A stretch of DNA of 64,000 nucleotides, taken from positions 124,001 through 188,000 of the forward strand of contig NW_013657632.1 in assembly GCF_000142905.1 (NCBI RefSeq). Reading direction: 5' to 3'. The first letter of the stretch is position 1; every line of letters begins with the position of its first letter. Origin of the DNA: Thecamonas trahens ATCC 50062. Lineage: Eukaryota > Protista > Apusomonadida. The position numbers and the translations under genes are program-made. The notes below the pieces were generated by a model. The model was not told the DNA's origin. It searched no databases and saw only the letters and a program-made list of their open reading frames with translations. Positions 53,638-64,000 of the stretch are shown here, in pieces.

Positions 53638-55196
53638 TTACTCGCGCACAAGGCGATCGCAGTTGTTGGAGAGGACGGAGGAGCGGAGCGAGAGGCCCTT
53701 GGTCTTCTCGATGATCTGCGAGTAGATGGACGGGTGCTGCTGGTTGCCCATGACGACCTGGTCGGCAGCCGAGTCGATCTTGGCGTCGATGTTGGCGTTC
53801 CGGACGAGGTTGACGATCCACTTCTCGGCCTGGTCGCGGTCCATGTCGAGCTTGTCGGCCAGCATGGAGAGATCGATGTTCTGGTGGATGCGGCAGTAGG
53901 TCTCAAAGATGAACAGCCGGGCGTTGGCCAGAAAGTCGTCAAAGCATGCGACGAGGAAAAAGTCGGAGCGGAGGACGTCCTCGCAGGCGTGGAGCTTGGC
54001 GCGGGCCAGATCAAAGTCAAAGTCGACGTAGAGCGAGCAGACAAACTCAGTGATGGGGTCCGAGTACGAGTACGACTCCTGCTGGATGACGGTGACGAGA
54101 GTCTTGAGCACGTTGCGGCGGCGCTTGTTGGTCACCACCGCGGTGGTGAGGTAGCGCAGGATGTGCGGGCACGAGGTCTGGATGGTGTTGAGGTACGCGT
54201 CCTCGAGCAGAAAGTCGATGATTCCGTTGCGGCCCTCCGGGTGGTTGAAAAAGACAAAGAGCGACCAGTGAATGAGCCACGTCCGCTGCTGCAGCTTGAG
54301 CGACGCGGCCTCGTTGGTCACCGCGTCGCCGCGCCGGCGCCGCCCGCGCTCGCCCGTCGGCGGGTCGATCACGTCCTTGAGCGCAAGAAGGTCGTCGTAT
54401 GCAGCCTCCCAGTCGGCAGCGGCCAGAATCTCCGACGCCAGCTTGCCCCACATGGCCGCCGTCGTCTTGGCCTCGTCGCCGGCGAGCTTGATGTAGTGCG
54501 CCAGGTACGACGCCGCAGCCTCGTACTTGCCGCACTCGTACAGACACTTGGCGTAGTCGTTGAGTGCGTCAATCGTCTCCGCGCTCACGCCCTCCACCTC
54601 GAGCATGCCCTCGCGCGAGTACCGCCCGTTCTCCTCCATAGCCTTGAGCGCCTCCTCGTCACCGAGCACCTCCAACAACGGGCCTGCTGCCTCCTTGAGC
54701 GCCTTCAGCTCCGCAACAACCTTCTCCCGCGACGCCACAAGCTCCTCCGGCGCAGCCGCACCTGGGTGCAGCGCCTCATGCACAGAGACTGCGTAATCGA
54801 CCATGTTGGTCTTGGCGATGATCTCCAGCCGGACCTCGTCGAGCTCCTGCTGGTTCTCCTACACCCGCCGCACACACGCTCCGTAAGCCCAAGCATGTAC
54901 CCCCTCCTCCCCCCCCCTCTTTTTCCCTGTCTATGCATGTTGTCCTCCTTCATTCTCCCCCTCGTCCTCCCTCCCCCTCCCCCACCCCCTTCCCCCCTCC
55001 CCCCCGACGGGTGTGGGATGGGAGCCGAGCTCGCCTCTCATCAAAAAATGGAACGCAGCGGTAGGCATACACAACCCCGTGTGCTCCCTCCCTACACCTC
55101 GACACCACCTACCTCCTGCTTGGCCAGAAAGTCAAGCAGAACAAGCACCAGATGCTTGTCCAGGTACGGTGCCATCACCGTGGTAAGATGCGACAT
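53638..55196 (-). CDS. EIF3E: Translation initiation factor eIF3 subunit E; exons 55196-55113 and 54858-53638; 434 aa
   Basis: YLDKHLV..LLDFL, TNMVDY, WGKLASEIL, LQQRTWLIHWSLFVFFNH, YLNTIQTSCPHILRYL, ARLFIFETYCRIH; PCI domain. Confidence 0.97.
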
Positions 55197-55435
55197 GGTG
55201 AGATGGCGATGAGTGGTGCCGCGAGTGGCCAGAGGCCAGCGAGAGGCCAAGCGGGTCGACGCAGGGCAGGGCGGGCGGGCGGCGGACGGCGGGCGGCGGG
55301 CGGCGTGCGGCGGACGGCGGGCGGCGGGCGGTGGGCGGAGCGACATGACCGACACAGTCCGTGTCGTGGTACGAGTGCCAGTGGGTATGCGTGGGCGTGG
55401 GCGGGTGAGGTTGCTACCTCACTCGCACTCACTCC

Positions 55436-57346
55436 ATGGCTTCACTCTGGCTGACAGAGACTGTCCATGCGCTTCGTGATGGTACGGCCGTGCCTTTGGT
55501 CGGGGTTGGTGACGCCCGTCCGCCCGTGCTTGACCTGGCTACTGCCGCCTTGTATGCCGTCCGTTCTGCTGCATCGTCCGAGAAGACGGTAGCTTTGGTG
55601 GTAGAGCTGGTGGCGGATGGCTGCTTGCCGTGGCTGGCTCTGCCGAGCGGGTGTGAGGCGGCGTTGGCGGCCGTGACCGGCGCCCCGCTCCCGCCGCGCG
55701 AGGTCCTCCGCTCGCTCATCGAGGAGGCTGTCCTCCTCCCAGCGGGCGATGTGGTGGCGGCGCTGCTCGCGGTGCCGGCTGAAGTGCCTCCGGCTCCGGA
55801 AGATCTTGCCCAGGCCATGCTCTACGCCTGCCGTTACCGCAAGCCTGTAGCAGTGGTCGAGGCTCTGCTCGCTGCGGGCGCCCCGCTTGATGTCGAGGAT
55901 GCGTCCGGTAACACGCCACTGCTCATGGCGGCGCTTCATGGCCACGCCCCGCTCATCAGGTACTTTATGGAGCACGGTGCCGAACTGGGCGCAACCAATA
56001 CGCTCGGAAACTCGCTGCTGCTCAAGCTCGCTGCCGTCACAGGCCGCCGGCGCGCCGCCAAGGCGCTCGCTGCGCTGAAGCTCGTCCTCGCCGCCGCTGA
56101 CTCGCCAGCCGCGCTCGCACCGCTCCTTGCTGTGGTCAACAAGGTTGGCGACAACGTGTTCCACAAGCTTGCCCGCCAGGGCTCGTCGGACATGGCTGAC
56201 ATGCTGCTCGCCGCCGCGGATCCTTCGCTCGCCGCCGACCTGCTCGCCACCGTCAACGCCGCCGGCGAGACGCCACTCCACGCTGCAGCGCGGCTCGGGC
56301 ACGACAGTGTGCTCTCGCGCTACCTCGCCCACGCCTCGCCCAACATCCGGGACGCCAACGGCGCGACTCCGCTGATGGTGGTCGGAATCGAACGCGCGCT
56401 CGGTCTCTACCTCGGCACTGCCGCCTGTCTGGGCGACGCCGGCGCCGACGTCAACGCCGTTGACGCTGCCGGCCGCACCGCGCTCCACAACGCCACCGCT
56501 ACCATCGAGCTCGCCCAATGGCTGCTCGACCGTGGCGCCGCGCTGGAAGTGCGCGACGCCGCCGGCGAGACCCCGCTCGCCGCCGCCCTGCGCGCCGGTG
56601 CGCTCCCGCGTTTCCACTTTCTGCTCAACGCCGGCGCCCAGCTCGCACCGCTTTGGCCACTCTTCCCACCGTGTGACGTCTTTGGCGCACTCGCCTCGTA
56701 CTCGGCAAGCTCGCCCTCCGCTTTTACTGCTGTTCGCGACCAGCTCGTCGCTGCCATCGACGGTGTTGCTGTCGATCGCGTCGCCGTCGACGCCGCGCTA
56801 GACTCCGCGCTCGCAGGCTTCCACCTTGACGGCTGCTCGCTCGCCCTCGCCTCTCTTGACGCGCTCGGAGTCGAGTCTGCCGAGCTGGAGGCGGCCATGA
56901 CGGCACGCCGCGATGCCGTCTTTGGGACTCTCGACGACGACGGTGCGAACCTTGTCCACTGTGCGGCATCAGCCGATGCCGACACGCTCCTCACAAAGCT
57001 TCTCAGCTACTTTCCAGCCGCCCGCGACGCGCTCTCGACTCCGGCGCCGGGGCAGGCCGAGTTTTCCGATGGCGGGCGTCCACTGCACTTTGCGGCGCAA
57101 GCCAACGCGCTCGATGCCATCACTGTGCTCCTTGCCGCAGGCGCTGACGTCGACGCCGTCGAGCCGACCTTTGGCTTTACTCCGCTCATGGCTGCCGCCC
57201 GTTCCGGCGCCACCGCTGCAGCCACCGCGCTCCTTGCCGCCGGCGCCTCGCCAGCCATCACCAACATTCATGACGAGACCGCTGCCGACATTGCCGATCT
57301 GGCCGGCCACATCGATCTGGCCGACCTTGTCCGGCCGCCGCGTTGA
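55436..57346 (+). CDS. Ankyrin repeat protein
   Basis: Repeated GxTPL/H motifs: GNTPLLMAA, GETPLHAAA, GRTALH, GFTPLMAAA. Confidence 0.88.
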   Translation: MASLWLTETVHALRDGTAVPLVGVGDARPPVLDLATAALYAVRSAASSEKTVALVVELVADGCLPWLALPSGCEAALAAVTGAPLPPREVLRSLIEEAVLLPAGDVVAALLAVPAEVPPAPEDLAQAMLYACRYRKPVAVVEALLAAGAPLDVEDASGNTPLLMAALHGHAPLIRYFMEHGAELGATNTLGNSLLLKLAAVTGRRRAAKALAALKLVLAAADSPAALAPLLAVVNKVGDNVFHKLARQGSSDMADMLLAAADPSLAADLLATVNAAGETPLHAAARLGHDSVLSRYLAHASPNIRDANGATPLMVVGIERALGLYLGTAACLGDAGADVNAVDAAGRTALHNATATIELAQWLLDRGAALEVRDAAGETPLAAALRAGALPRFHFLLNAGAQLAPLWPLFPPCDVFGALASYSASSPSAFTAVRDQLVAAIDGVAVDRVAVDAALDSALAGFHLDGCSLALASLDALGVESAELEAAMTARRDAVFGTLDDDGANLVHCAASADADTLLTKLLSYFPAARDALSTPAPGQAEFSDGGRPLHFAAQANALDAITVLLAAGADVDAVEPTFGFTPLMAAARSGATAAATALLAAGASPAITNIHDETAADIADLAGHIDLADLVRPPR

Positions 57347-57374
57347 TTCTCGATCCGCCCCCCCCCCCCCCCCC

Positions 57375-57588
57375 NNNNNNNNNNNNNNNNNNNNNNNNNN
57401 NNNNNNNNNNNNNNNNNNNNNNNNNNNNNNNNNNNNNNNNNNNNNNNNNNNNNNNNNNNNNNNNNNNNNNNNNNNNNNNNNNNNNNNNNNNNNNNNNNNN
57501 NNNNNNNNNNNNNNNNNNNNNNNNNNNNNNNNNNNNNNNNNNNNNNNNNNNNNNNNNNNNNNNNNNNNNNNNNNNNNNNNNNNNNNNN
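57375..57588. other. Assembly gap
   Basis: Run of N. Confidence 1.
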
Positions 57589-57708
57589 TTTCTTCTCTCT
57601 CCACCCTTCCTCCACCTCCCCCCCCCCTCCCCCCCCCCCCCCCTTCCCGTATGATGTCGAAGCACGAGAATGGCTCATTGCCGCATGATCATACTCACGT
57701 TCTCGGGC

Positions 57709-57746
<38 letters not shown>

Positions 57747-57833
57747 CACACACACACTCTCTCTCTCTCATACATGAACATCGGCCGTCACACCCCACAT
57801 ATATATTTATGTATATTATATCTCGCTTTCTAG

Positions 57834-59935
57834 CTGTGGAGCATGCGATGAACGAGGTCTCGGCACTCCTCGCGTTGTCGCATCCATACATCATTGCGCT
57901 GGAAGAGTCGTTTGTCGATAAGCGGACATTGTGCATTGTGATGGAGTTTGCAGAGGGTGGTGAGCTGGGTGCGGCTGTCGTGGCCCGGAGGCGGGCGGGC
58001 ATGGACTACTACTCGGAGGATGAGGTGCTGAATCTGTTCACTCAGCTTGCCCTTGCGCTCAAGCACGTCCACGACAAGAAGATCATCCACCGCGACCTTA
58101 AGTCCGAGAACGTGTTTCTGGCCAAGGACGGCACGATTCGGCTCGGCGACTTTGGTCTCACTGGGCTCATGACTGCGCAGGTGGCGTCGATGGATCTGGC
58201 ATGTGGAACGCCGTTCTACATGGCACCCGAGGTCTTTACGTCCGAGTACAACTCCAAGGCCGACGTCTGGTCGCTCGGATGCATCCTCTACGAGCTATGC
58301 TCGCTCTACCGCCCGTTCTCGGGCGAGGGCGATTCGGATTCCGAGTCGGACGACGATGATTACGACTCAGAGGCGAGCTGGCAGTCGTCGTATGACGACG
58401 AAGAGGTCGACGGTGGTGTTTACGGCCCCGCCTTTCGCTCGGTTGTCAGGCGGGTGCTTTCGGGCAAGGTGCCGCGGCTGCCGCGCGGGCAGTACTCGCC
58501 CCAGCTCGAGGCGTTCTACGACTCGATCATGAAGCATGCGCCGGACCAGCGACCGTCGGTCACGACCCTCCTCAACCATCCGATTATCAAGCCGCGGGTC
58601 AAGAGCCTGCTGACCCGGACGCAGTACCTGGAGGAGTTTTCTCGGAACAGCGCGCGACGAAAGCTTCGCGACTCGTGGCTCCAGATTGACGACCTCCCCG
58701 ATACCTTTGAGGTGCCACCAGAGCCGGCGTCGGTGCTCCGAGACGTCTCGTCCGACAATTTGGTTGTTGCCTCGCCACGTGAGGTCCATCCGTACGCCGC
58801 CGCGCTTTCCGAGTCGCTGGCGTCGTCGGGCTCTGGCTCACTGGCGCTGATGCTCGAGGAGGCGCGCGCGGCGTCGGTGGATACGCCGGCTTTGGCCCAG
58901 GCCGGCGGCAGCGTTGGTAGCAATGACGGTGGTGGTAGTGGCCGGCCACAGGGCAAGCCCACGCGATCGTTGCTCTCTGATGCACTCAAAGCCGAGGCCG
59001 AGGTGGCGCAAGCCGAAGCGTGCTCGCCGCCGACAGCGGATGCGCTCTGCGGCAGCAGTGCGCAGGCCGACACGCGACCGGGTACCTCGCTCTCGTCCGA
59101 GTCGTCGATGGCCGAGTCGCCATGCAAGACGCAGGCGGACGGGCGCATTCCCAAGCTGCGCGTGGCTGTCACGGTGCTGGACAAAGTGCTCTCTGGCTGG
59201 CTGCACAAGTTCAACGGAGTGTCGTGGAAAAAGCTCTTCTACGAGCTACACGAGGCGCACGCGCGACTGTACTGGTGGCGATCGCAGGAAGCGTGGCGGC
59301 GTGGCCCCGAGGCCGCGTTTGGGTCGATGAGGCTGAGTGGAAGCGTCCGGGTGTACCGGTTGCGGCCCGACGATGTGCCGCCTGCAGCGAGCGCGGCTGC
59401 CAGCGGCGCGGGGCTCGACGATGCCGCGCTCGATGCGGCGCTCGAGATCCATGTCGAGACTGCGCGCTCGTCGAGCTCGGCGCTGTTGGTGGCCGAGTCT
59501 GGCGACGTCGCCGACGCCTGGGTCGACGGCATCACCAAGTTTCACAACGCTTTTCGCTCACAGATTGCCAGGCCTGGCCAGGATGGCATGCTCTCGGGCA
59601 CGCCGGGTTCGGGTACGGCGGGCTCGGGCTCGGCGTCGGGCGTCTCGCCGCGGCTGAAGGAGCGCGCCTTTGACGTCCTCGCCGAGCGATATGCGCGGAT
59701 GGTCCGCTCCAGCTCGGATGTCGGTGTCTTCTCTCCAAGCAGCGCATCGGCCGGTGTAGTGCCAGAGTTGCGGTCCATTGGCGAGCGCCGAACCGGCAGT
59801 CGCCGCGGAAGGGCCAAAACCGAGCTCACCGATGAGGACCGCGCGTTTGTCCTCGCCCAAGCGCCGCCGGTGGTCATGCGGCGGATGCGGACAGCCTCGT
59901 TCCAGAAGCTGCTCATCGAGGGCTCGGACGAGTAA
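57834..59935 (+). CDS. NEK/NIMA-family Ser/Thr kinase with a PH domain (first exon missing, probably in the gap)
   Basis: Acceptor TTTCTAG ending 57833; HPYII, CIVMEFAEGG, HRDLKSENVFL, DFG, GTPFYMAPE, KADVWSLGCILYE; PH-like LSGWLHKF...ADAWVDGI; Gly loop and VAIK lysine absent from this exon. Confidence 0.88.
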
Positions 59936-59972
59936 ACTTTACTCCACGTGGCATGCCCGTGCCGCTGAACAC

Positions 59973-60218
59973 CTACAACGCGTCGAGCGCGGCGTCGATG
60001 TCGTTGGCAGCGGCGAGGAGGGCCAGGAACTGCTCCTCCGAGAGAGCGACGCCCTTGCGCGAAGGCTTGAGCTCGCCGCCTGCATCGGTGTAGTACTCGC
60101 GGATGTGGAGCAGTGACTTGCCGTTGAACTTGGACAGGTACACCCGTCTGTTGGCCGAGAGCGCATAGTACTCTTCGCCTGTTGCTGCATCCTTCTGCAG
60201 CGGGGGGAGCTCGGCCAT
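59973..60218 (-). CDS. SUB1: Transcriptional coactivator PC4/SUB1 (ssDNA-binding)
   Basis: LSANRRVYLSKFNGKSLLHIREYY...KPSRKGVALSEEQF. Confidence 0.92.
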   Translation of the reverse strand: MAELPPLQKDAATGEEYYALSANRRVYLSKFNGKSLLHIREYYTDAGGELKPSRKGVALSEEQFLALLAAANDIDAALDAL

Positions 60219-60606
60219 GGTTGTCAAACTACGACCTTTTTGTTGGGAGTGTTGGGGGAGGGATTAGGGGATGCGGTGGGGAGGGAGGGACGAGGAGCAA
60301 GTTGTGTTGGTATGGTGTAGTGCGGTGAGGTACTGTCTTGTGCGTATGGTGTTGTAGTGTTGTGTGGTGGTGTGCGGTGGTGGGTGGCGGTGGGTGTGGT
60401 GGTGTCGCTGTCGTCGGTGTTCGGAACTGCTGCCGAGCAAGGGGAGACGCACACAGCGTGTTGTACTCGCGTGCGATTGTGGTTCAACAGCCTCCCGTCA
60501 CTGCCCGGGATGCCGTCGGAAGAGAAGGTCATTGACCACCTGGGCGAGTCGAGCTGAGCTTGGATATGTTCATTCATCGGCGAGAACAGGGGAGGTCGGG
60601 CCTTGA

Positions 60607-62178
60607 TCACGATATGGTGCACATGCCAGCGGACGAGGCGGGCGCGTCGGGGCAGAGCTGGACCGGCGCGGTGGTGCGGAGATACCACGGCAGAGTCGCG
60701 GGATCGCATCCGATGAGGTGAAAGACGGCCTTGGCGACAAAGAGCAGGCGGAAGGAGAGCGCCGATGCCCGCTTGGTCTTGGACGCCGCGCGCAACCACG
60801 GCGGCGGCGTCCACAGCTGCAGCTGGCCGGTGCGGGTCGAGAGGGCGGCGAGGGCGAGCTCGATGTCAGACATACGTGGGCGGGCGGTGCAGCGGCGCGA
60901 GAGCGGAGCCACAAAGCCAAATGCGGCGTCTGCCGGTGATGCCAGATGCGGCAGAATGTATGCGATCCAGACGTCGGCGCTGAGGCCGGTGGCGGCCTGC
61001 AGCGCACATAGAGGCGCCGAGCACAGTGCGCCCAGCGCGGCCACATCACGGGTGACGACCGCGAGAGCACTCCGCGCCCGTGGGAACTCGTGCAGAGCCC
61101 GGTGGAGCGGGCCGGTGCCTGGATGCCGCAAGTAGTCGAGAGTGGCGCGCGCACCGGCGTGTCGCGAGTCTGACGCGATACGTCGGATCGAGCGAAAGAC
61201 CTTGAGCGGGACAACCGGGCCGGTCTCAAACTGGCGCTCCTCGAGTGTGAGTAGAATAAGCTCGAGCATGCCGGTGTCGCCGAATCGGGCAGCGGCGTCC
61301 ATGGCCGTCATCCCGTGGGTGGCGTGCAGGGTGGCACCGGCGGCCAGCAGCAGCCGCAGCGCATGAACCCGACCGGCAGCCGCCGCCACATACACTCCAG
61401 TGGCGTTCCGGAGGCCGGCAAAGCTGGGATAAACAAGATCCGGTGCTACGCCAGCATCCAATAGCAGCTCGATAGACCGCAGCTCCCCGCGCTGGCATGC
61501 GGCGAGCAGCGGCGTTGAGCCGTGGCGCCCGATCCGCGGCGAGTCGTCAAAACCGCCGTCAGTGCGGGGCACCCGGCCGTGTGGATCAGCCCCGGCAGCG
61601 AGAAGAACTGCGACAGCGGCTGCGCCGCACGGGTGCGCGGCAGCGGCGTGGAGCGGACAGACCGGCGGCGCGCCGCGGGCGCCCGCGGGCGCGCCGTGGA
61701 CCGAGAGTCCGAACAGCGCCATGACCGCCACTATCCAGCCATCGCCGGCCGCCGCGGCGCGATGCAGCGGCCAGACCCTCTCCTGTGTGTGGGCCTCCAG
61801 CGCGCCACCGAGTGCGCCTAGAACCACAGCGGCACACCGCGGGGCGTGGGCCTCGACGCAGGCGCCGAGCAACGCGCCGGCGGCTGCCGCAGCCTCGGGC
61901 CCGGTTGTCGGCACCATGACCAGCAGCGCCGCGAGACGAGCCACATCGTGGCGGGAAATGGCCTTTCCAGCCTGGCGCAGCGCGGTCTGGCCGGCGGCCC
62001 CGGCCCGGCGCGAGTCTGCAGTCAGGCTAGCAGGCCCAGCCCGACCGGTGCATGCCCAGCAGGCGTCGGAGCCGAGCATGGCGCAGACGCAGCGGCAGCC
62101 ACCATCGACGGCAAGGGAGGCATCTGGCAGGTCGCTTTCTCCCGTTGCGGCTTCAAACCACGCCACTGCTGTCGCCAT
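60607..62178 (-). CDS. Ankyrin repeat protein with a possible C-terminal F-box-like motif
   Basis: PLHRAAA, PLHAAAA, GSTPLLAAC, GMTAMDAAA; LSADVWIAYILPHL. Confidence 0.75.
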   Translation of the reverse strand: MATAVAWFEAATGESDLPDASLAVDGGCRCVCAMLGSDACWACTGRAGPASLTADSRRAGAAGQTALRQAGKAISRHDVARLAALLVMVPTTGPEAAAAAGALLGACVEAHAPRCAAVVLGALGGALEAHTQERVWPLHRAAAAGDGWIVAVMALFGLSVHGAPAGARGAPPVCPLHAAAAHPCGAAAVAVLLAAGADPHGRVPRTDGGFDDSPRIGRHGSTPLLAACQRGELRSIELLLDAGVAPDLVYPSFAGLRNATGVYVAAAAGRVHALRLLLAAGATLHATHGMTAMDAAARFGDTGMLELILLTLEERQFETGPVVPLKVFRSIRRIASDSRHAGARATLDYLRHPGTGPLHRALHEFPRARSALAVVTRDVAALGALCSAPLCALQAATGLSADVWIAYILPHLASPADAAFGFVAPLSRRCTARPRMSDIELALAALSTRTGQLQLWTPPPWLRAASKTKRASALSFRLLFVAKAVFHLIGCDPATLPWYLRTTAPVQLCPDAPASSAGMCTIS

Positions 62179-62329
62179 GATCCTGCCACTCGGCCTTTTG
62201 CCAGGGGAGAGCGTGAAGTGCGTGGCGCCAACTGGTCGTCATCCGCCACGTGACCCGTGGAACACGGTGGTTGGTTTGTGTCCATGAATTTGAACCATTG
62301 GGAAGCAAATAATAGCAAGGGGACTGGAC

Positions 62330-62568
62330 GGTCTTGATGGGGAACACACAATGGTGGCAATGGTCATGATTGGGAGCAATGGTCGCAATGGTTGCAATGG
62401 TCACAATGGGCATAATCAAGAACAATGGTCACAATGGTCACAATGGGCATAATCAAGACAATGGTGGCAATGGTCACAATGGGCATAATCAAGAACAATG
62501 GTGGCAATGGTCTTGATGGGGAACAGTAGTCACAAAGGTCTTGACCAGGCAGGAACAATGGTTACAAT
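62330..62568. repeat. Compound minisatellite with a 9-bp core (CAATGGTCA) and a ~37-bp higher-order unit
   Basis: Many CAATGG copies; three CAATGGTCACAATGGGCATAATCAAGA units. Confidence 0.9.
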
Positions 62569-63255
62569 CGCCGGTTCGGCTGCTCGACATATCATCGGGA
62601 TATAGACCTTGGCTGTGGCAAGGTGGTCAAGTAGAGGGAGGTCCGTCAAGTCATGCACTGCCGATGGATGTGTGCGGTGGTCAGATCAACCACCGCCGAC
62701 TGCTCACGCCAAGCCGGTTGAAGATGGCAACGTACGTAATCAACCAGTCAATCTGTCTTCGATCACTATCATCTACAACCATCAGCGGCTGCGCAGAGAC
62801 GACATGGCATGGCCATGGTGTTAGTCACGAACAACGGCGACAGTGGTCACATTCGCGAACAATGGTGACAACCGTGACAATCGGGAACGAAACCCACAAA
62901 TGCCAACTCGCACGCCTTCATCCCCTCTCCGTCCATCATCTCTTCGCCCCTCGCACCATACATACATACGTACACTCCTTATGTAAACACCAGTAATGGC
63001 GGGGATCGGCCTGATAGGGGGGAGGGAGGGTGGGAGTCATGATTGTCGCGGATGCCTCAGCTTGGATAATATCGGGACCGCCACCAGATGAGCAGAGTGA
63101 TGCAGTCAAAGCTTCACGAAAGATTCCGACGACTCTCATCAAAAGGGCGAGGATACGATCAGCGCCGATCGAGATCGGGGCGCCAAAGCCTTGTCCCTTC
63201 CATGTACACAGTTGATCCACTCGCTTCGTTCTTTGCTCCGAGTCACCGCTCACAC

Positions 63256-64000
63256 ATGTCGCCTGAGAGGTACACCCACCGTCGCAGCTCCGGGCCTCGG
63301 CCCAAGACGGTGTTCAGCTCCCGTGGCAGGCGGCCTCCGGACTGGCGCTCGGCATCGCGCTGGGAGGAGCGCCGCCACCCGCTGACCGGTGATCCATACT
63401 ACGTTGATACCTTTACCGGCGAGTCGTCGTGGGAACCGCCGCGGCACGAGGTTCGCCGCACGTCACCGGCGCACACGCGACGGCAGCAGCACGACGCCGT
63501 CCACGCTCGCGCCCATCGCCGTGCCCAAGAGCGTCGCAAGGCCGCCGCCCGCCAGCACGAGGCCCGCCGGGTGGCCGAGGCCGAGGCCCGCCGCCGGGCT
63601 TTGCCCGAGGTCCGCCACGCCTCTGCCATCGTCATCCAGGCAGCTGTCCGCGGCTGGCTCGTCCGCCGCTCCCACATCCTCGACCACCTCCGCGCTCTTC
63701 GCGATGTCATGCACAAGGTGACGGAGCTTGTCCGCGAGTTTGAGGCCAAGCTCGCAAACAACACCGCCCGCGAGGTCGACGCCGTCGGCCTTGGCGAGAT
63801 GCTCATGCATCACGGCATGCTCAAACTCGACTCGATCCCGTCGCACGGCTCAGACTTGGTCCGGGCTCGCCGCAAATCGCTCGTGGCCCTCATCCAGCGC
63901 TGGCTCGAGTTGGTCGACTCGTGGAAAGTTCGGCTCGCCGAGAAGGAGGCTATTGAGGACGCCATGCGCGAGAGCCCCACCGAGTCGGACACAGACAACA
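63256..64000 (+). CDS. WW + IQ + BAG domain co-chaperone (runs off the right edge)
   Basis: Manual translation: WW (RWEERRHPLTGDPYYVDTFTGESSWEPP), IQ (SAIVIQAAVRGWLVRR), BAG (LGEMLMHHGMLKLDSIPSHGSDLVRARRKSLVALIQRWLELVD). Confidence 0.88.
   Translation, partial: MSPERYTHRRSSGPRPKTVFSSRGRRPPDWRSASRWEERRHPLTGDPYYVDTFTGESSWEPPRHEVRRTSPAHTRRQQHDAVHARAHRRAQERRKAAARQHEARRVAEAEARRRALPEVRHASAIVIQAAVRGWLVRRSHILDHLRALRDVMHKVTELVREFEAKLANNTAREVDAVGLGEMLMHHGMLKLDSIPSHGSDLVRARRKSLVALIQRWLELVDSWKVRLAEKEAIEDAMRESPTESDTDN

Noticed and set aside
63100-63135. Heat-shock element upstream of the BAG gene (TTCacGAAagaTTC)
   Set aside because: The third unit is misspaced by one base and two-unit matches arise by chance

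Overview
Gene-dense, GC-rich eukaryotic nuclear DNA with few introns, microsatellite-rich spacers and three assembly gaps. It comes from a ciliated protist (ARMC9, CFAP52, AK9 and a NEK kinase are present); the style resembles the apusomonad Thecamonas, but that is inference. About 29 protein-coding genes are supported. Recognisable ones include DLD, THADA, a LETM1-like gene, TAF7, eIF3e, RPS9, POP7, PC4/SUB1, a TBC1D13-like GAP and a MAPK phosphatase. No rRNA, tRNA, CRISPR array or clear transposon was seen. The most notable items are: (1) a ~1800-aa candidate phosphate-sensing receptor with two PstS-type domains, a Cys-rich stalk and ~9 TM segments, directly upstream of a pseudo-receiver cyclic-nucleotide phosphodiesterase; (2) an orphan protein with five copies of an unrecognised ~60-aa domain; (3) a WW-IQ-BAG co-chaperone missed by the ORF track; (4) a structured RPS9 intron; (5) six -1 frame breaks, each fixable by adding one base to a homopolymer, most likely sequencing errors.
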